A DNA stretch of 36,550 bases from a virus (lineage: Duplodnaviria; Caudoviricetes). A program made the translations under genes and the position numbers. Below are positions 11,601 to 20,207 of the stretch, in pieces (position 1 is the first letter of the stretch; every line of letters begins with the position of its first letter). The notes beneath the pieces were generated by a model. The model worked only from the letters and a program-made list of their open reading frames with translations, did not search any database and was not told the origin of the DNA. The stretch is taken from positions 1-36,550 of IMG/VR virus record IMGVR_UViG_3300032290_001420, one strand, 5' to 3'.

Positions 11601-12816
11601 AAAAATAATGCGTGGAATGTATGCCCGCCCTGATAATCCCGACTCAATGATTGTTAGAGGGGGAAGAACAGCAAGGCAATATATTTATATCACTAAAATG
11701 GGACAAGTTGCACTTGCTTCAATAACTGATATTTCAAACCCCATAAGAAAATTTGGTTTAAGAACTTGGGCAAAAACATTACCAAACTTAATCACGAATT
11801 TAGAAGGTATTAAATTAAATGTTAAAGAAGCTAAATTGGCAGGAAATATACACGATATTACATCTCCCGAAAGAATGGCTAGTTTCTCGGGATTGAACGA
11901 TCAATTTGCAAGTAATCTTTCTAGTTTTGAAAGATACACCGAAAATGTTTCAAAATTTATGTCAAAAATAAATGCAATGCCAGTTTGGAATGATTCTCAA
12001 AAAGGTTTTACTTCTGTTTTGTCGCAACAAGAAATGATTAATGCAATTAATAAATATGATAAAATTACTGAAAAAAAAACAGCTTATTTGGGTTATTTAG
12101 GGATTGGTAGAGATAATTATAAAATTATTGCTGATGAATTAAAGCAACACGCTTATAAAAAAGGTAGATTGTTAATCGCCAATACTGAAAAATGGAATAA
12201 TCCCGAAGCCGTAAGAATATATAGAAATGCTTTAAATACTGATATTGATAGCACAATAGTAACCGTAGGTGCTGGTGATTTGCCTTTATGGATGCAAACC
12301 GAAGCAGGCAAAGTTGTTGGTCAATTTAAATCATTTGTTTTTGGTGCGACTCAACAAGTTTTAGTTGCTAGTTTACAACAAAAAGACATGGCAGTTTTAA
12401 ATGGCTTAATTTCTGCGGTTGGTTTGGGAATGATGGCTTATTACTTTAAGGCAAAATTAGCTGGAAGAGAAGTTTCAAAAGACCCTGAAGTTTGGCTTGC
12501 GGAGGGCTTAGATAGAAGCGGATATTTTGGTATATTATCCGATTACTCACATATTGCTGATAAAGTTGGTTTAGGAGCTTCTAGTCTTCTTGGAACTGGG
12601 GAATTATCAAGGTATCAATCAAGAAATATTGGAGCTTCTTTACTTGGTCCTAGTGTTGGACTTCTTGGAGATGCGGCAATATCAATTGGAGCTTTAAAAT
12701 CGGGTGAAATAAGCGAAGCTGATGCAAAAGCAATAAGAAGAATGATTTGGTTTAATAACCATTTTCTTTTAACTGGGGCAATGGATAATTTTGAAAAAGC
12801 TATTGCAAATCAATAA
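8662..12816 (+). CDS. Large internal virion protein, gp16-like
   Basis: About 1384 aa; the in-frame ATG at 8662 is preferred to the TTG at 8650. Has LDPINLIP, G/A-rich hydrophobic helices, QFKSF and LLGPSVG motifs. Confidence 0.8.
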   Translation: MVISKDLINPAPIDPLFGEKITQSSKAIADIQGMDFNYKPPEYSQGQIALSAFERENTVASSIIEGSYQVKVDDAPDPDFDVVDYVDTDIRNSDYAPYWKDFAQVKNYRQASALKAKIDRQNENERIINESDGAGIAWSLAAGILDPINLIPVFGGVSKAYKTGKYLKGIGLTAGAGAVGMTASEGVLQTTQETRTLEESAINIGAGTILAGALGGASAMLSKRQFNNLADKFKKDLDNETADVFINPDTQKLEIKPDSASAANVAEFQAIRKYYDDVLTPQLKAEGKEVPAFTTFKKQQQSLASTITQDIAGAVNIGNVIKGQKLLKKINLIDNLNPIQRLTQTQFAVSPRETAEKLMKTGLMWQKNKIGIASAQSAEIAKKTLQAPYFNNYKPVENQAYYNFKKRIKKEGPLNETENNIKNDIQFFEEFSRAMRNGDTSNIPEVNQLAKLARNDVLNHLGKEAVNVGLLNEKVLTTKPRTALSYFPRLFNRLKVIARENELRTFFINKIKTVLLPEIKKAEAQKELNLNSQIIDLQTRKAELQANLDKVVNEKFQEAQVDAVFNEADISTENKFIFQRNISWAKGGEKSFDDFLEKMAEDLPDNLDFPADKIEKVYNKYVKNDNLIYTNEELADILEKYKTAIKTVKSIKPKSLLIFLRDRGGVVDFGGNLKAMGITNKTLPGLIRKGKEFGNLFGAGKKEYIDLDDARFVAHEQGYFSDFPQDGSGGQPSINDLLDLIRREVGGEKIYSLEDIDKIEIKNNAEKLIEELNEMGIDIDKINEAVLLEKGKIKKKFKYLSGENVDKKTLSKMDKVLAKSEIDLLEKKVNKLKNKYTENQISFRSKFEEIGDEDSYVNEITSDIINQLKGDDRLGLIDDLGIKVAKRGPLKERTLNFIQDNELEPWLENDARKVLNYYQNTLATDIEISRAFDGDLTLDDAIQKIQDEYAEVIAKTTDPKILKQIDKEKKSVINDIESVAKIMRGMYARPDNPDSMIVRGGRTARQYIYITKMGQVALASITDISNPIRKFGLRTWAKTLPNLITNLEGIKLNVKEAKLAGNIHDITSPERMASFSGLNDQFASNLSSFERYTENVSKFMSKINAMPVWNDSQKGFTSVLSQQEMINAINKYDKITEKKTAYLGYLGIGRDNYKIIADELKQHAYKKGRLLIANTEKWNNPEAVRIYRNALNTDIDSTIVTVGAGDLPLWMQTEAGKVVGQFKSFVFGATQQVLVASLQQKDMAVLNGLISAVGLGMMAYYFKAKLAGREVSKDPEVWLAEGLDRSGYFGILSDYSHIADKVGLGASSLLGTGELSRYQSRNIGASLLGPSVGLLGDAAISIGALKSGEISEADAKAIRRMIWFNNHFLLTGAMDNFEKAIANQ

Positions 12817-12852
12817 AATATATGTATTTTTAACAAAAAAAATTTAAAAAAA

Positions 12853-14367
12853 ATGACAATAACATCAAATATTTTAAGGAGAGATTATACAGCAAATGGG
12901 GTAAATACTTCTTATGCTTTTGACTTCCCTATTTTTTATGAATCAAATGCAACTCCTAAATTCTCCCTAGAGGTTATTGTTGCCGATACGACTGGTGCGG
13001 AAACGACCAAAATTGAAACTACCGATTATACAATAACTTACAACACAACCGATTATGTAAACGGCGTAATAAATCAAGGTAATGTTGTTTTTAATACCGC
13101 TCCCGCAAATAATTATACAATTTCACTTTTAAGAAAAGTAAATTTTACGCAAAATAATGATATTACAACCTCAGGAAGTGATGCTTTGCCAGGGACGGCT
13201 TTAGAAGGTTCTCTAGACAAATTAACTTTAATGTTATTAGAGCAAAAAGAAAGTTTAAATCGAGTTTTTAAATTACCTAAATCATCGTTATTAGATAATA
13301 TTGAATTTCCTATTGGTGCAAGCCAAGCCAATCAAGTAATTACAGTTAATAATGCTGGCGATAATTTAACCACAAAAGATTTAGCTGATGTTGGATTAGC
13401 TCCAGTTTCAACTTATATAAAAACATTACTTGATGATACAACAGCTTCACAAGCCCGCACTACTCTTGATGCACAACAATTAAATGCAAACTTAACTGCT
13501 TTAGCTGGTTTAACAGGTGCTTTAAATAAACTTTTTTATTTTACTGGAAGTGGAACAATGGTTCTTCAAGATAGATTAGCCACCACCACCAACCAAGGCG
13601 TTGCTTATCTAAACAACCCAATCACCATAGCAAATAATGCAACAACTCCAAATACTGATATTGATTTTAGCGGTGGTAAGTTTGATTTTAGCGATGGTTC
13701 GGGACAAGCAATTGCTTCAGCTTTAACTAAAAGATTACAATCAAGTGGTTCATGGAGTGCTGGAGCTGGCGGTAATTTGCTTTTAAGTGGTGCAAGAGCA
13801 AATAGTTCAACTTATCATCTTTATGCAATGGCTAAGGCTGATGGGACTACTGATTACGGTGCATTGCTTGGTGTAGCAAATACAGATCCAAATCCAACAA
13901 GTGTATTGCCTAGCGGGTATACTAAATTTAATCGTGTCGGATCAATATTAACAGATGCAAGCGGGAACATAAGAGCATTTACTCAAAATGAAAAACTTTT
14001 TAGTTTAATTACTCCATTAATTTCGCAAAATGTTAATATTTTGACTAATAGTAGACTTCCTTATTCTATTGATGTTCCCGTTGGTATAAAAACACTTGCA
14101 AATATTTACGGAAGTGTAAATAAAAATGTAAGCGGATCTTCACAAACTTATATTTCTGATTTAGCTACTACCGATATCGACCCAACAACTTTATCGGGGT
14201 TTTATACGATGGTTTGTAACATTTCATATAATTCAAATGCTGAAATTTGGAGAACTACAAACAAATCTGCACAAATCGGAATCAGATCCAATAATAATGG
14301 CGGAGCAAATTCAACCCAAATTTTAATAATGACTTTGGGCTGGTATGATAATTTACTTAAATATTAA
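12853..14367 (+). CDS. Tail fibre (T7 gp17-like N-terminal anchor)
   Basis: YTANG..TSYAFDFPIF and LEGSLDKLT anchor motifs, LLDDTTASQARTTL segment, beta-rich C-terminus. Confidence 0.85.
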   Translation: MTITSNILRRDYTANGVNTSYAFDFPIFYESNATPKFSLEVIVADTTGAETTKIETTDYTITYNTTDYVNGVINQGNVVFNTAPANNYTISLLRKVNFTQNNDITTSGSDALPGTALEGSLDKLTLMLLEQKESLNRVFKLPKSSLLDNIEFPIGASQANQVITVNNAGDNLTTKDLADVGLAPVSTYIKTLLDDTTASQARTTLDAQQLNANLTALAGLTGALNKLFYFTGSGTMVLQDRLATTTNQGVAYLNNPITIANNATTPNTDIDFSGGKFDFSDGSGQAIASALTKRLQSSGSWSAGAGGNLLLSGARANSSTYHLYAMAKADGTTDYGALLGVANTDPNPTSVLPSGYTKFNRVGSILTDASGNIRAFTQNEKLFSLITPLISQNVNILTNSRLPYSIDVPVGIKTLANIYGSVNKNVSGSSQTYISDLATTDIDPTTLSGFYTMVCNISYNSNAEIWRTTNKSAQIGIRSNNNGGANSTQILIMTLGWYDNLLKY

Positions 14368-14378
14368 TTTTTAATTTT

Positions 14379-14999
14379 ATGATTATTTTTAAAGAAATAG
14401 AAACGGGAAGAATTATTGAATTTAAAACTCAAGAACAAGTTGGATTAATGTTTGGCGATTTGACAAAATATTCTAACATTACTGATACTCAAGAGGGTAA
14501 AAATTATTTGCTTCAAAAAGCAAAAGACGAAAAACTTGCTCAACTTGAAGCATTTATTTTATCTAAAAAAACTGAGAAATACACATCTCATTTTGCACCT
14601 GAAATTATAGATGGCTCTAAAATCGGAGCTGAAGTTAAGTTTTACTGGCATGTCGACTCAATTCCAAATAGCAATTTAACGCCTGAAAGCGTATTAAATA
14701 AATGCACCATGGATTATGTTAGTTGCAATGATTATGCTAGGAAAACTGGCACGGATTATGCTAGCGAAAAAACAGCTTACAATAATTGCGTGAAGCAAAA
14801 AATTGTTCCTTACCCAACAAAGATTATTAAAGATGGTAAAGAACAAGCTGGCGTAGTTAATATTTTACCTGTTGCATTTTCTATAGCTGATCATATTCAG
14901 AATAGAGAAATCAACAATAATAAACTTTTAAAACTAAAACAACTTGAAATCAACAATTGTAAAACTGTTGAGGAAGTCGAAGCAATTAAATTTGAATAA
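14379..14999 (+). CDS. Tail fibre assembly/chaperone-like protein
   Basis: Follows the fibre; LQKAKDEKLAQL and C-terminal INNCKTVEEVEAIKF resemble DUF4376-type proteins. Confidence 0.55.
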   Translation: MIIFKEIETGRIIEFKTQEQVGLMFGDLTKYSNITDTQEGKNYLLQKAKDEKLAQLEAFILSKKTEKYTSHFAPEIIDGSKIGAEVKFYWHVDSIPNSNLTPESVLNKCTMDYVSCNDYARKTGTDYASEKTAYNNCVKQKIVPYPTKIIKDGKEQAGVVNILPVAFSIADHIQNREINNNKLLKLKQLEINNCKTVEEVEAIKFE

Positions 15000-15001
15000 T
15001 T

Positions 15002-15376
15002 ATGGAATGTAAAATTCAAAAACATTTAAAAGTCGAAATTGTAGATGGAAGATTCTTTTTGCAAGAAGATTTTATTTATATTTTTGAATATTTAGGCAAA
15101 GAAAATAGTATTATAGTTCCAGCGGGCTTTAATACCGATGGTTTTTCGACGCCTAAGTTATTTAAACCATTTCAAAGTGAAACGGGCAAAGGGATTGAAA
15201 TCGCTGTTGTTCATGATTTTTTATACTCAAAACAATCTCCCGAGCATATTACTAGAGCCGACGCCGACATGGCTTTTTTACAAGGGCTTGAATGTTTAGG
15301 AGTTAGCAAATTTAAACGCTACGCAATGTATATTGCAGTTAGATTATTTGGTAAATCAAAATATAAGAAACGATGA
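15002..15376 (+). CDS. DUF1353 family protein
   Basis: VPAGFNTDG.S.P, AVVHDFLY, RADAD..F and MYIAVRLFG motifs. Confidence 0.85.
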   Translation: MECKIQKHLKVEIVDGRFFLQEDFIYIFEYLGKENSIIVPAGFNTDGFSTPKLFKPFQSETGKGIEIAVVHDFLYSKQSPEHITRADADMAFLQGLECLGVSKFKRYAMYIAVRLFGKSKYKKR

Positions 15377-15666
15377 ATGAATTTGTCGCTATATTTAATT
15401 TAATGAAGCAGGCACCTGAATTTTCGGTAATGGTTGGTGCTATTGTTATTTATTTGTTATACGATAAAAACAAGAGTTTTTTTATAATACGAGACAACAA
15501 GCATAAAGAAAAGATGGAGAATTTTTTTGCTGAAAAAATAAAAGATTCGGAAAATAGATTGCAGGAAAATATGAAGCATTTTGTTGTAGAGCAAATCAGC
15601 TTCTTAGAAATAAGAATGAAAGATTATATTGACCAAAAATTTAAAGATTTAAAAAGTGGACTTTAA
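15373..15666 (+). CDS. Single-TM membrane protein (lysis region)
   Basis: One hydrophobic helix plus a charged tail; ATGA overlap with the upstream gene. Confidence 0.55.
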   Translation: MNEFVAIFNLMKQAPEFSVMVGAIVIYLLYDKNKSFFIIRDNKHKEKMENFFAEKIKDSENRLQENMKHFVVEQISFLEIRMKDYIDQKFKDLKSGL

Positions 15667-16093
15667 GCAATTTTTAGAACAAATTAAAGGACTAACCGAT
15701 CCCGCAATATTTGCCGTAATTGCTAAATTTGCTATTGCTTTTTATTTTTTAAAGCTTCTATTCAAAGGATTTAAAGAACTTTTAAAATTTATTTTTGCAG
15801 TTAAAGAAAAAAAAGAGGGCTACGAAGAAATGCAAAAAAATTATGAAGAATTGCAAAAAACTAATTTAGAAAATAAAGAACAAATTGCACAATTAAAAGA
15901 AGTGGGTGAAAAAGCAAGTATTGCAAACGAAAAAAGAGATTTAAAAACCCACAAACTATTAGAAGCTTTTCAAATCGATTTAAACGCCTACAAACAAAGA
16001 ACTCATGCAATCGAAAACGAAAAACATGCTTTAGTTGATTTAGTTAAATCAAACATGGAATTAATTCAAAAAATGGAGAAATATGTTAAGTAA
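15656..16093 (+). CDS. Single-TM coiled-coil protein (lysis region)
   Basis: GTG start, N-terminal TM and a long E/K coiled coil. Confidence 0.55.
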   Translation: MDFKQFLEQIKGLTDPAIFAVIAKFAIAFYFLKLLFKGFKELLKFIFAVKEKKEGYEEMQKNYEELQKTNLENKEQIAQLKEVGEKASIANEKRDLKTHKLLEAFQIDLNAYKQRTHAIENEKHALVDLVKSNMELIQKMEKYVK

Positions 16094-16304
16094 AGAAAGT
16101 GGAGCAAAAGCTTATTCAATTATTTATTTACTTGCTTTATTATCTTATTTAATCTTTATTTGGATTGACATTTCTGAGCCAATCAAGCAAGAAACATTTG
16201 ACAATTTAGGAAAGTTTCTATTTTATGCTGGAAGTGGTTTCTTTGCGATTATTGGCTTAGGAAACATTAATTTATTAACTGGACTTTTAAAAAAGAATGT
16301 TTAA
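16083..16304 (+). CDS. Putative holin
   Basis: 73 aa, two TM segments, basic C-terminus, upstream of the spanins and endolysin. Confidence 0.6.
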   Translation: MLSKESGAKAYSIIYLLALLSYLIFIWIDISEPIKQETFDNLGKFLFYAGSGFFAIIGLGNINLLTGLLKKNV

Positions 16305-16581
16305 TTTTATTTTACCACTAATTCTTAAATCCAAAAACTTTGCAATCGGAGTTATTGGAGTAATTTTGTTTTTATTTATTCTTGGCTTTGTTAATAATTA
16401 TTTTGAGGTTCAAAACAAAGTTAAAGAGTATGAAAAAATTGAAGAAGAAACAAAAGAATTTCACCAAGAAAAAATCCAAGAATTAAAAACAACTCTTAAT
16501 AAAGCTAAAAATGCTAAAAAAATTGACTATAATGATGGCGGTAATATTGATGATGACTTCTTGCTCAAAGCCCTTGAGTAA
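16297..16581 (+). CDS. Inner-membrane spanin (Rz-like)
   Basis: N-terminal TM plus coiled coil; overlapped by the lipoprotein gene. Confidence 0.65.
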   Translation: MFNFILPLILKSKNFAIGVIGVILFLFILGFVNNYFEVQNKVKEYEKIEEETKEFHQEKIQELKTTLNKAKNAKKIDYNDGGNIDDDFLLKALE

Positions 16582-16774
16582 AAGTTTATCACAAGAACAA
16601 CTGCAAGAATATATTAACACGCTTCCTGATTATCCTAGGCGTAATACTTTTAGTAAAGAGGAGCAAAAAAGAATAGCATCAACACCTGTTCGCTTCAAGG
16701 TTTGGGCAGAGCAGATGTTGATTTTTTATAAATGTTTAAAAAATAATAATTGTCATGAAAAAATTGATTCTTAA
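16511..16774 (+). CDS. Outer-membrane spanin lipoprotein (Rz1-like)
   Basis: MLKK-hydrophobic-MTSC lipobox; starts inside the Rz-like gene in another frame. Confidence 0.65.
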   Translation: MLKKLTIMMAVILMMTSCSKPLSKSLSQEQLQEYINTLPDYPRRNTFSKEEQKRIASTPVRFKVWAEQMLIFYKCLKNNNCHEKIDS

Positions 16775-17309
16775 GCGTTATTATTGCAATAACGGTAATT
16801 ATAGCGAAGTAAAAAAAGAAGGTAAAATTTTTAAATATGGCACAACAATTGGAGCTGTCATTGATCCATTAAAACCAAATCTCCCTCCTTTACTTTACAC
16901 TATTGAACCAGCCAAATTTTACGAAAACAAAGAAAACAATTCAGATAATTTGGCTACCAAAAAAAATGAATCTAGCTGTATTTTATCTGACGCTTATCAA
17001 TGTATAATGACGCTTTCTAACCGCTTCAAAACTAAATTATATTTAGTCAAAAATACAAAAGGAAGAGCGGGCGTAAGATTACACGGCGGAAATTCAATTG
17101 ACGATTCTCAAGGTTGCATTTTGCCAGCAACTACGTTAATTCAAAACTTTTCAAAAGCAGGAATAGTTTATGATTGGTATGGAAGCCAATCTGTCAAAGC
17201 TTTAGAAAAACTTTATGAAATTGTCGATAAAGAAGAATTTGTTTTAGAAATTGATGATGAAAATCAAGAAGAAAATTATAAACTAATAACCAAATATAAA
17301 TCATGCTAG
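16755..17309 (+). CDS. Putative endolysin, DUF5675 family
   Basis: LILKR, YTIEP, SCI, GRAGVRLHGGN..DSQGCIL motifs; lies in the lysis cassette. Confidence 0.75.
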   Translation: MKKLILKRYYCNNGNYSEVKKEGKIFKYGTTIGAVIDPLKPNLPPLLYTIEPAKFYENKENNSDNLATKKNESSCILSDAYQCIMTLSNRFKTKLYLVKNTKGRAGVRLHGGNSIDDSQGCILPATTLIQNFSKAGIVYDWYGSQSVKALEKLYEIVDKEEFVLEIDDENQEENYKLITKYKSC

Positions 17310-17722
17310 TCTTTTTAATACTATTTTTATTTGCCTCAACTGCACAGGCACAAGAGCAAATGTATGTCTACAAACCTTTAAAGGTAACCGACGGAGACAC
17401 GATTAAAATCGATGTTTCTAAAGAATCGCCTTTAATTAAAAAGCTTGGTTTAAGCGTTAGAATTAACGGCATTGATACGCCAGAAAAAGGCTCAAGGGCT
17501 AAATGTAAAAAAGAAAATGAATTAGCAATTCAAGCAACTAAATTCACAACTGATTTAGTTGGCAATAAAGAATTGCTTTTAACCCCAATAAAATGGGATA
17601 AATACGGCAAAAGGATTATCGCTAATGTTAAAGTCGGTGGCGTCGATATTGGTCAAGAATTGCTTAAAAGAGGACTTGCAAGGGTTTATGGTGGCGATAA
17701 GAAAAAAAGCTGGTGCCATTAA
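17303..17722 (+). CDS. Thermonuclease (SNase family) with signal peptide
   Basis: VTDGDTI, VRINGIDTPE, DKYGKR and GLARVY motifs; hydrophobic N-terminus ending in AQA. Confidence 0.9.
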   Translation: MLVFLILFLFASTAQAQEQMYVYKPLKVTDGDTIKIDVSKESPLIKKLGLSVRINGIDTPEKGSRAKCKKENELAIQATKFTTDLVGNKELLLTPIKWDKYGKRIIANVKVGGVDIGQELLKRGLARVYGGDKKKSWCH

Positions 17723-17871
17723 ATAAAGCGAATTAAAAGTTGCAAAACCTCACATATAAACATTAAAACCAGTCCAAATAGACCAAATTTATTGGTTATT
17801 TCACAATTACACATAAAAAAACAAAATCCTATACCATATAAAATAGATAAAAATAATCCTAATATTAACAT
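17719..17871 (-). CDS. 50-aa two-TM membrane protein (below ORF-track cutoff)
   Basis: Hand translation MLILGLFLSILYGIGFCFF...LLIRFI; GAGG SD; its stop shares TTAA with the nuclease stop. Confidence 0.55.
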   Translation of the reverse strand: MLILGLFLSILYGIGFCFFMCNCEITNKFGLFGLVLMFICEVLQLLIRFI

Positions 17872-17883
17872 TTAAACCTCTAA

Positions 17884-18144
17884 TTATAAATTGCGAAAAA
17901 GGATTGCTAAAATCCACCATAACACTAAAGCCCAAAATAGACAACAAACATACAATAACGGTTCGCCATTTAAAATATTATATGAAATTATTGTTAATGG
18001 CGTGATTACCCCAATCGTTATACAAACCAAAGGTGCAAGAGCAACCAAGCCATAGTATTTAGATTCTTTTTCATAAGCTTCCTCATCATAAAAAACTTTT
18101 GCATTATTTTTTATTTCTTTTAAATAATATTTTAATTCTTCCAT
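17884..18144 (-). CDS. Two-TM membrane protein
   Basis: Two hydrophobic segments; GAGG SD. Confidence 0.65.
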   Translation of the reverse strand: MEELKYYLKEIKNNAKVFYDEEAYEKESKYYGLVALAPLVCITIGVITPLTIISYNILNGEPLLYVCCLFWALVLWWILAILFRNL

Positions 18145-18723
18145 TTAAACCTCTATAAAATTGTTTTTAATTTCTTTAAGAACGACATCTCTAAAAAAAA
18201 TAGGATTGTTAGTAATATAAGCATCAAAACCCATCGAATTCAGCTTTAAAAACCAGTCTAATTGTTCTTTTGTCAAATGTATTTCGCTTGGCGATCCTAT
18301 TCTTTTTACTTCGCAAAAAGCGGTATCTCTATAGTTTATATTTGAAGCATAAAAATACATAGAAACATCGGGGAATCCCTTCCTTGAACCCTCCGACTTT
18401 TTTCTTGCAAATTTAGCCATTCTTTGCCCGTTAGATAAATTTCCAGCGGCACTATCCCCATTATCATTCTGAACAAATTCAAGCTCGTTAAATTTATTCA
18501 ATTGCTTCAATTCGTATTGTAATAGCACCGCTTGTTTATAAAAATATTGTTGCATGTCGCTTTCTTTTAATTGCGACAATTTATAAATAAGTAATTCGTT
18601 AGGAGTTTTTGGCTCTTTTGGAATATCTTTATTAAACAAGAAATTAATTTTGTGCAAAAATTCCTTTGGCACTAATTTATCAATGTTTTTAATATCTATG
18701 TAATCGTTTTTATAATAATTCAT
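18145..18723 (-). CDS. VRR-NUC-like PD-(D/E)xK nuclease
   Basis: EG.RKGFPDV, FCEVKR and LTKEQ.DW...L..MGF motifs. Confidence 0.75.
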   Translation of the reverse strand: MNYYKNDYIDIKNIDKLVPKEFLHKINFLFNKDIPKEPKTPNELLIYKLSQLKESDMQQYFYKQAVLLQYELKQLNKFNELEFVQNDNGDSAAGNLSNGQRMAKFARKKSEGSRKGFPDVSMYFYASNINYRDTAFCEVKRIGSPSEIHLTKEQLDWFLKLNSMGFDAYITNNPIFFRDVVLKEIKNNFIEV

Positions 18724-19096
18724 ATTCTTTTCTTAATTCATTATATTCATTTAATCTTTCCTTAAATTTATCAGAGTTGATAAAATCATTAAGTTCATCG
18801 TAATATTTATCTCTCATTATCCAGTTTCTACCATAATGCCAAGTTCTTTTAAAATATCCCTCATTTTCGTCAAAATAATTTAAAAAAATATAATATTCCC
18901 AAGCGTATTCAGTAGTAATACCGTATTGAGCTTTAATATATTCTTCACCAAATGTTTGAAGCCCAATTGGTCTACCATCTTCTAAATCAATTTCATTGCC
19001 GTAAAAATTAATAAATCTAGCTTTTTTAAGCTTCTGTTTTAATTCTTTTTTAGCTTTGTATTTTTTCCAGAATTGCATAATATTTTTATATAACAT
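18710..19096 (-). CDS. Hypothetical protein
   Basis: Tightly packed ORF in the operon; start uncertain (possibly MQFW). Confidence 0.6.
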   Translation of the reverse strand: MLYKNIMQFWKKYKAKKELKQKLKKARFINFYGNEIDLEDGRPIGLQTFGEEYIKAQYGITTEYAWEYYIFLNYFDENEGYFKRTWHYGRNWIMRDKYYDELNDFINSDKFKERLNEYNELRKEYELL

Positions 19097-19787
19097 TTTT
19101 TAATACTTTTTCAATTTCTTCCATATGTGAAAAATGTGGAGCATGCCCGCAATTTTCGATAATATGCAATTCAAAATCTTTAATTCTTTCGGCAAATAAT
19201 TTTGCTTGCGAGCTTGCAACTACTTCATCGTTTGCACCACTAAAACAAATTGTCTTAGGAAATTTTTTAAAATTAACATCGAAACAAGAAAAATCTCTTA
19301 AATGTAAAAGTTTTTGCTCCAAAGCATAACAGCTTAAAACATTTAAATCTTGAATCTTCATTTTGTCAAAAACAAGATCGGCGTTTTCATCGCCACTTGC
19401 ACTCATCGCAACTAAATTTCGCATTGTAGCTTCAGGATATTTTATGAAACCATTAAAAAAACTATAAAACATTTCTTTCGGCATTCCAAATTTATTTGTT
19501 TCATTTTCGACAAATTGAAATATTGGAGCAATTAAAATTAAAAGCTTTGTTTTTAATAGCTTCTTTTTAATTAAATTAATAGCACAATGCGTGCCAAGGC
19601 TCCAAGCGATAGTAATATCATATTCTTTACAACTTTTATAATTTCTAGGAGTTATTCCATCGCCAAAATTACTACTAATTACATAATCGTAAGTCTCAAA
19701 CTCAGCATCTTTAAAGATGTTTTTAAATTCGTTCTCAAGTGTTTTTGGTTCTTGACCCCAGCCGTTAAGGCAAAGTATTTTTTTCAT
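19086..19787 (-). CDS. bioH: Alpha/beta hydrolase, BioH-like pimeloyl-ACP methyl ester esterase
   Basis: LNGWG, AWSLG nucleophile elbow, GANDEVV (Asp) and GHAPH (His); 233 aa; AAGGAG SD. The fold is secure and the BioH specificity is inferred. Confidence 0.7.
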   Translation of the reverse strand: MKKILCLNGWGQEPKTLENEFKNIFKDAEFETYDYVISSNFGDGITPRNYKSCKEYDITIAWSLGTHCAINLIKKKLLKTKLLILIAPIFQFVENETNKFGMPKEMFYSFFNGFIKYPEATMRNLVAMSASGDENADLVFDKMKIQDLNVLSCYALEQKLLHLRDFSCFDVNFKKFPKTICFSGANDEVVASSQAKLFAERIKDFELHIIENCGHAPHFSHMEEIEKVLKNVI

Positions 19788-19805
19788 TTTACTCCTTTTT
19801 AAATT

Positions 19806-20126
19806 TTAATCATACCAAATTCTAATTATTCCACCGACAATACTAAACTCGTCTGGCGTTGGTAAATGACTCCCTCCGTCTATGCGATTTCTAGCAATCT
19901 TTACATCGATAAAAATTTCCATGTCGCCTATTTCAAATCCTAACCAATCTAATTGATTGATAGTTTTAAAAATATCGATAAATTTAATATCTGCATTGCC
20001 ACATACTATTGCATTATCTTCGCAATCTTCATCGATAATATCCCCCTCTAAATGCCATTTATATTTCATTTCTTTTACAAGCCACTTTCTTTTTTCGGCT
20101 TGCGATAAATTTTGTAAATTTTCCAT
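19806..20126 (-). CDS. Hypothetical protein
   Basis: Acidic ORF ending IRIWYD; AAGGAG SD. Confidence 0.65.
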   Translation of the reverse strand: MENLQNLSQAEKRKWLVKEMKYKWHLEGDIIDEDCEDNAIVCGNADIKFIDIFKTINQLDWLGFEIGDMEIFIDVKIARNRIDGGSHLPTPDEFSIVGGIIRIWYD

Positions 20127-20153
20127 ATTTTACTCCTTTTGTTGTTATTCTAG

Positions 20154-20207
20154 TTGATAATCAAAATTGTTTGTTTCTTAAAAACAATTAAATTTGATAA
20201 TCAAATT
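20154..20207. repeat. Two copies of the palindrome TTGATAATCAA, 40 bp apart
   Basis: Copies at 20154-20164 and 20191-20207 (AATTTGAT-A-ATCAAATT) in an intergenic gap. Confidence 0.6.

Noticed and set aside
90-13331. Antisense or out-of-frame ORFs inside structural genes (90-290, 2221-2478, 5195-5437, 5477-5659, 6117-6317, 7975-8241, 9141-9377, 9483-9767, 10833-11096, 13113-13331)
   Set aside because: Almost wholly overlapped by well-supported genes, with shadow-frame composition and no motifs.
12853-14999. Diversity-generating retroelement, suggested by the BPP-1-like virion
   Set aside because: No reverse transcriptase and no TR/VR duplicate of the fibre C-terminus seen in the window.
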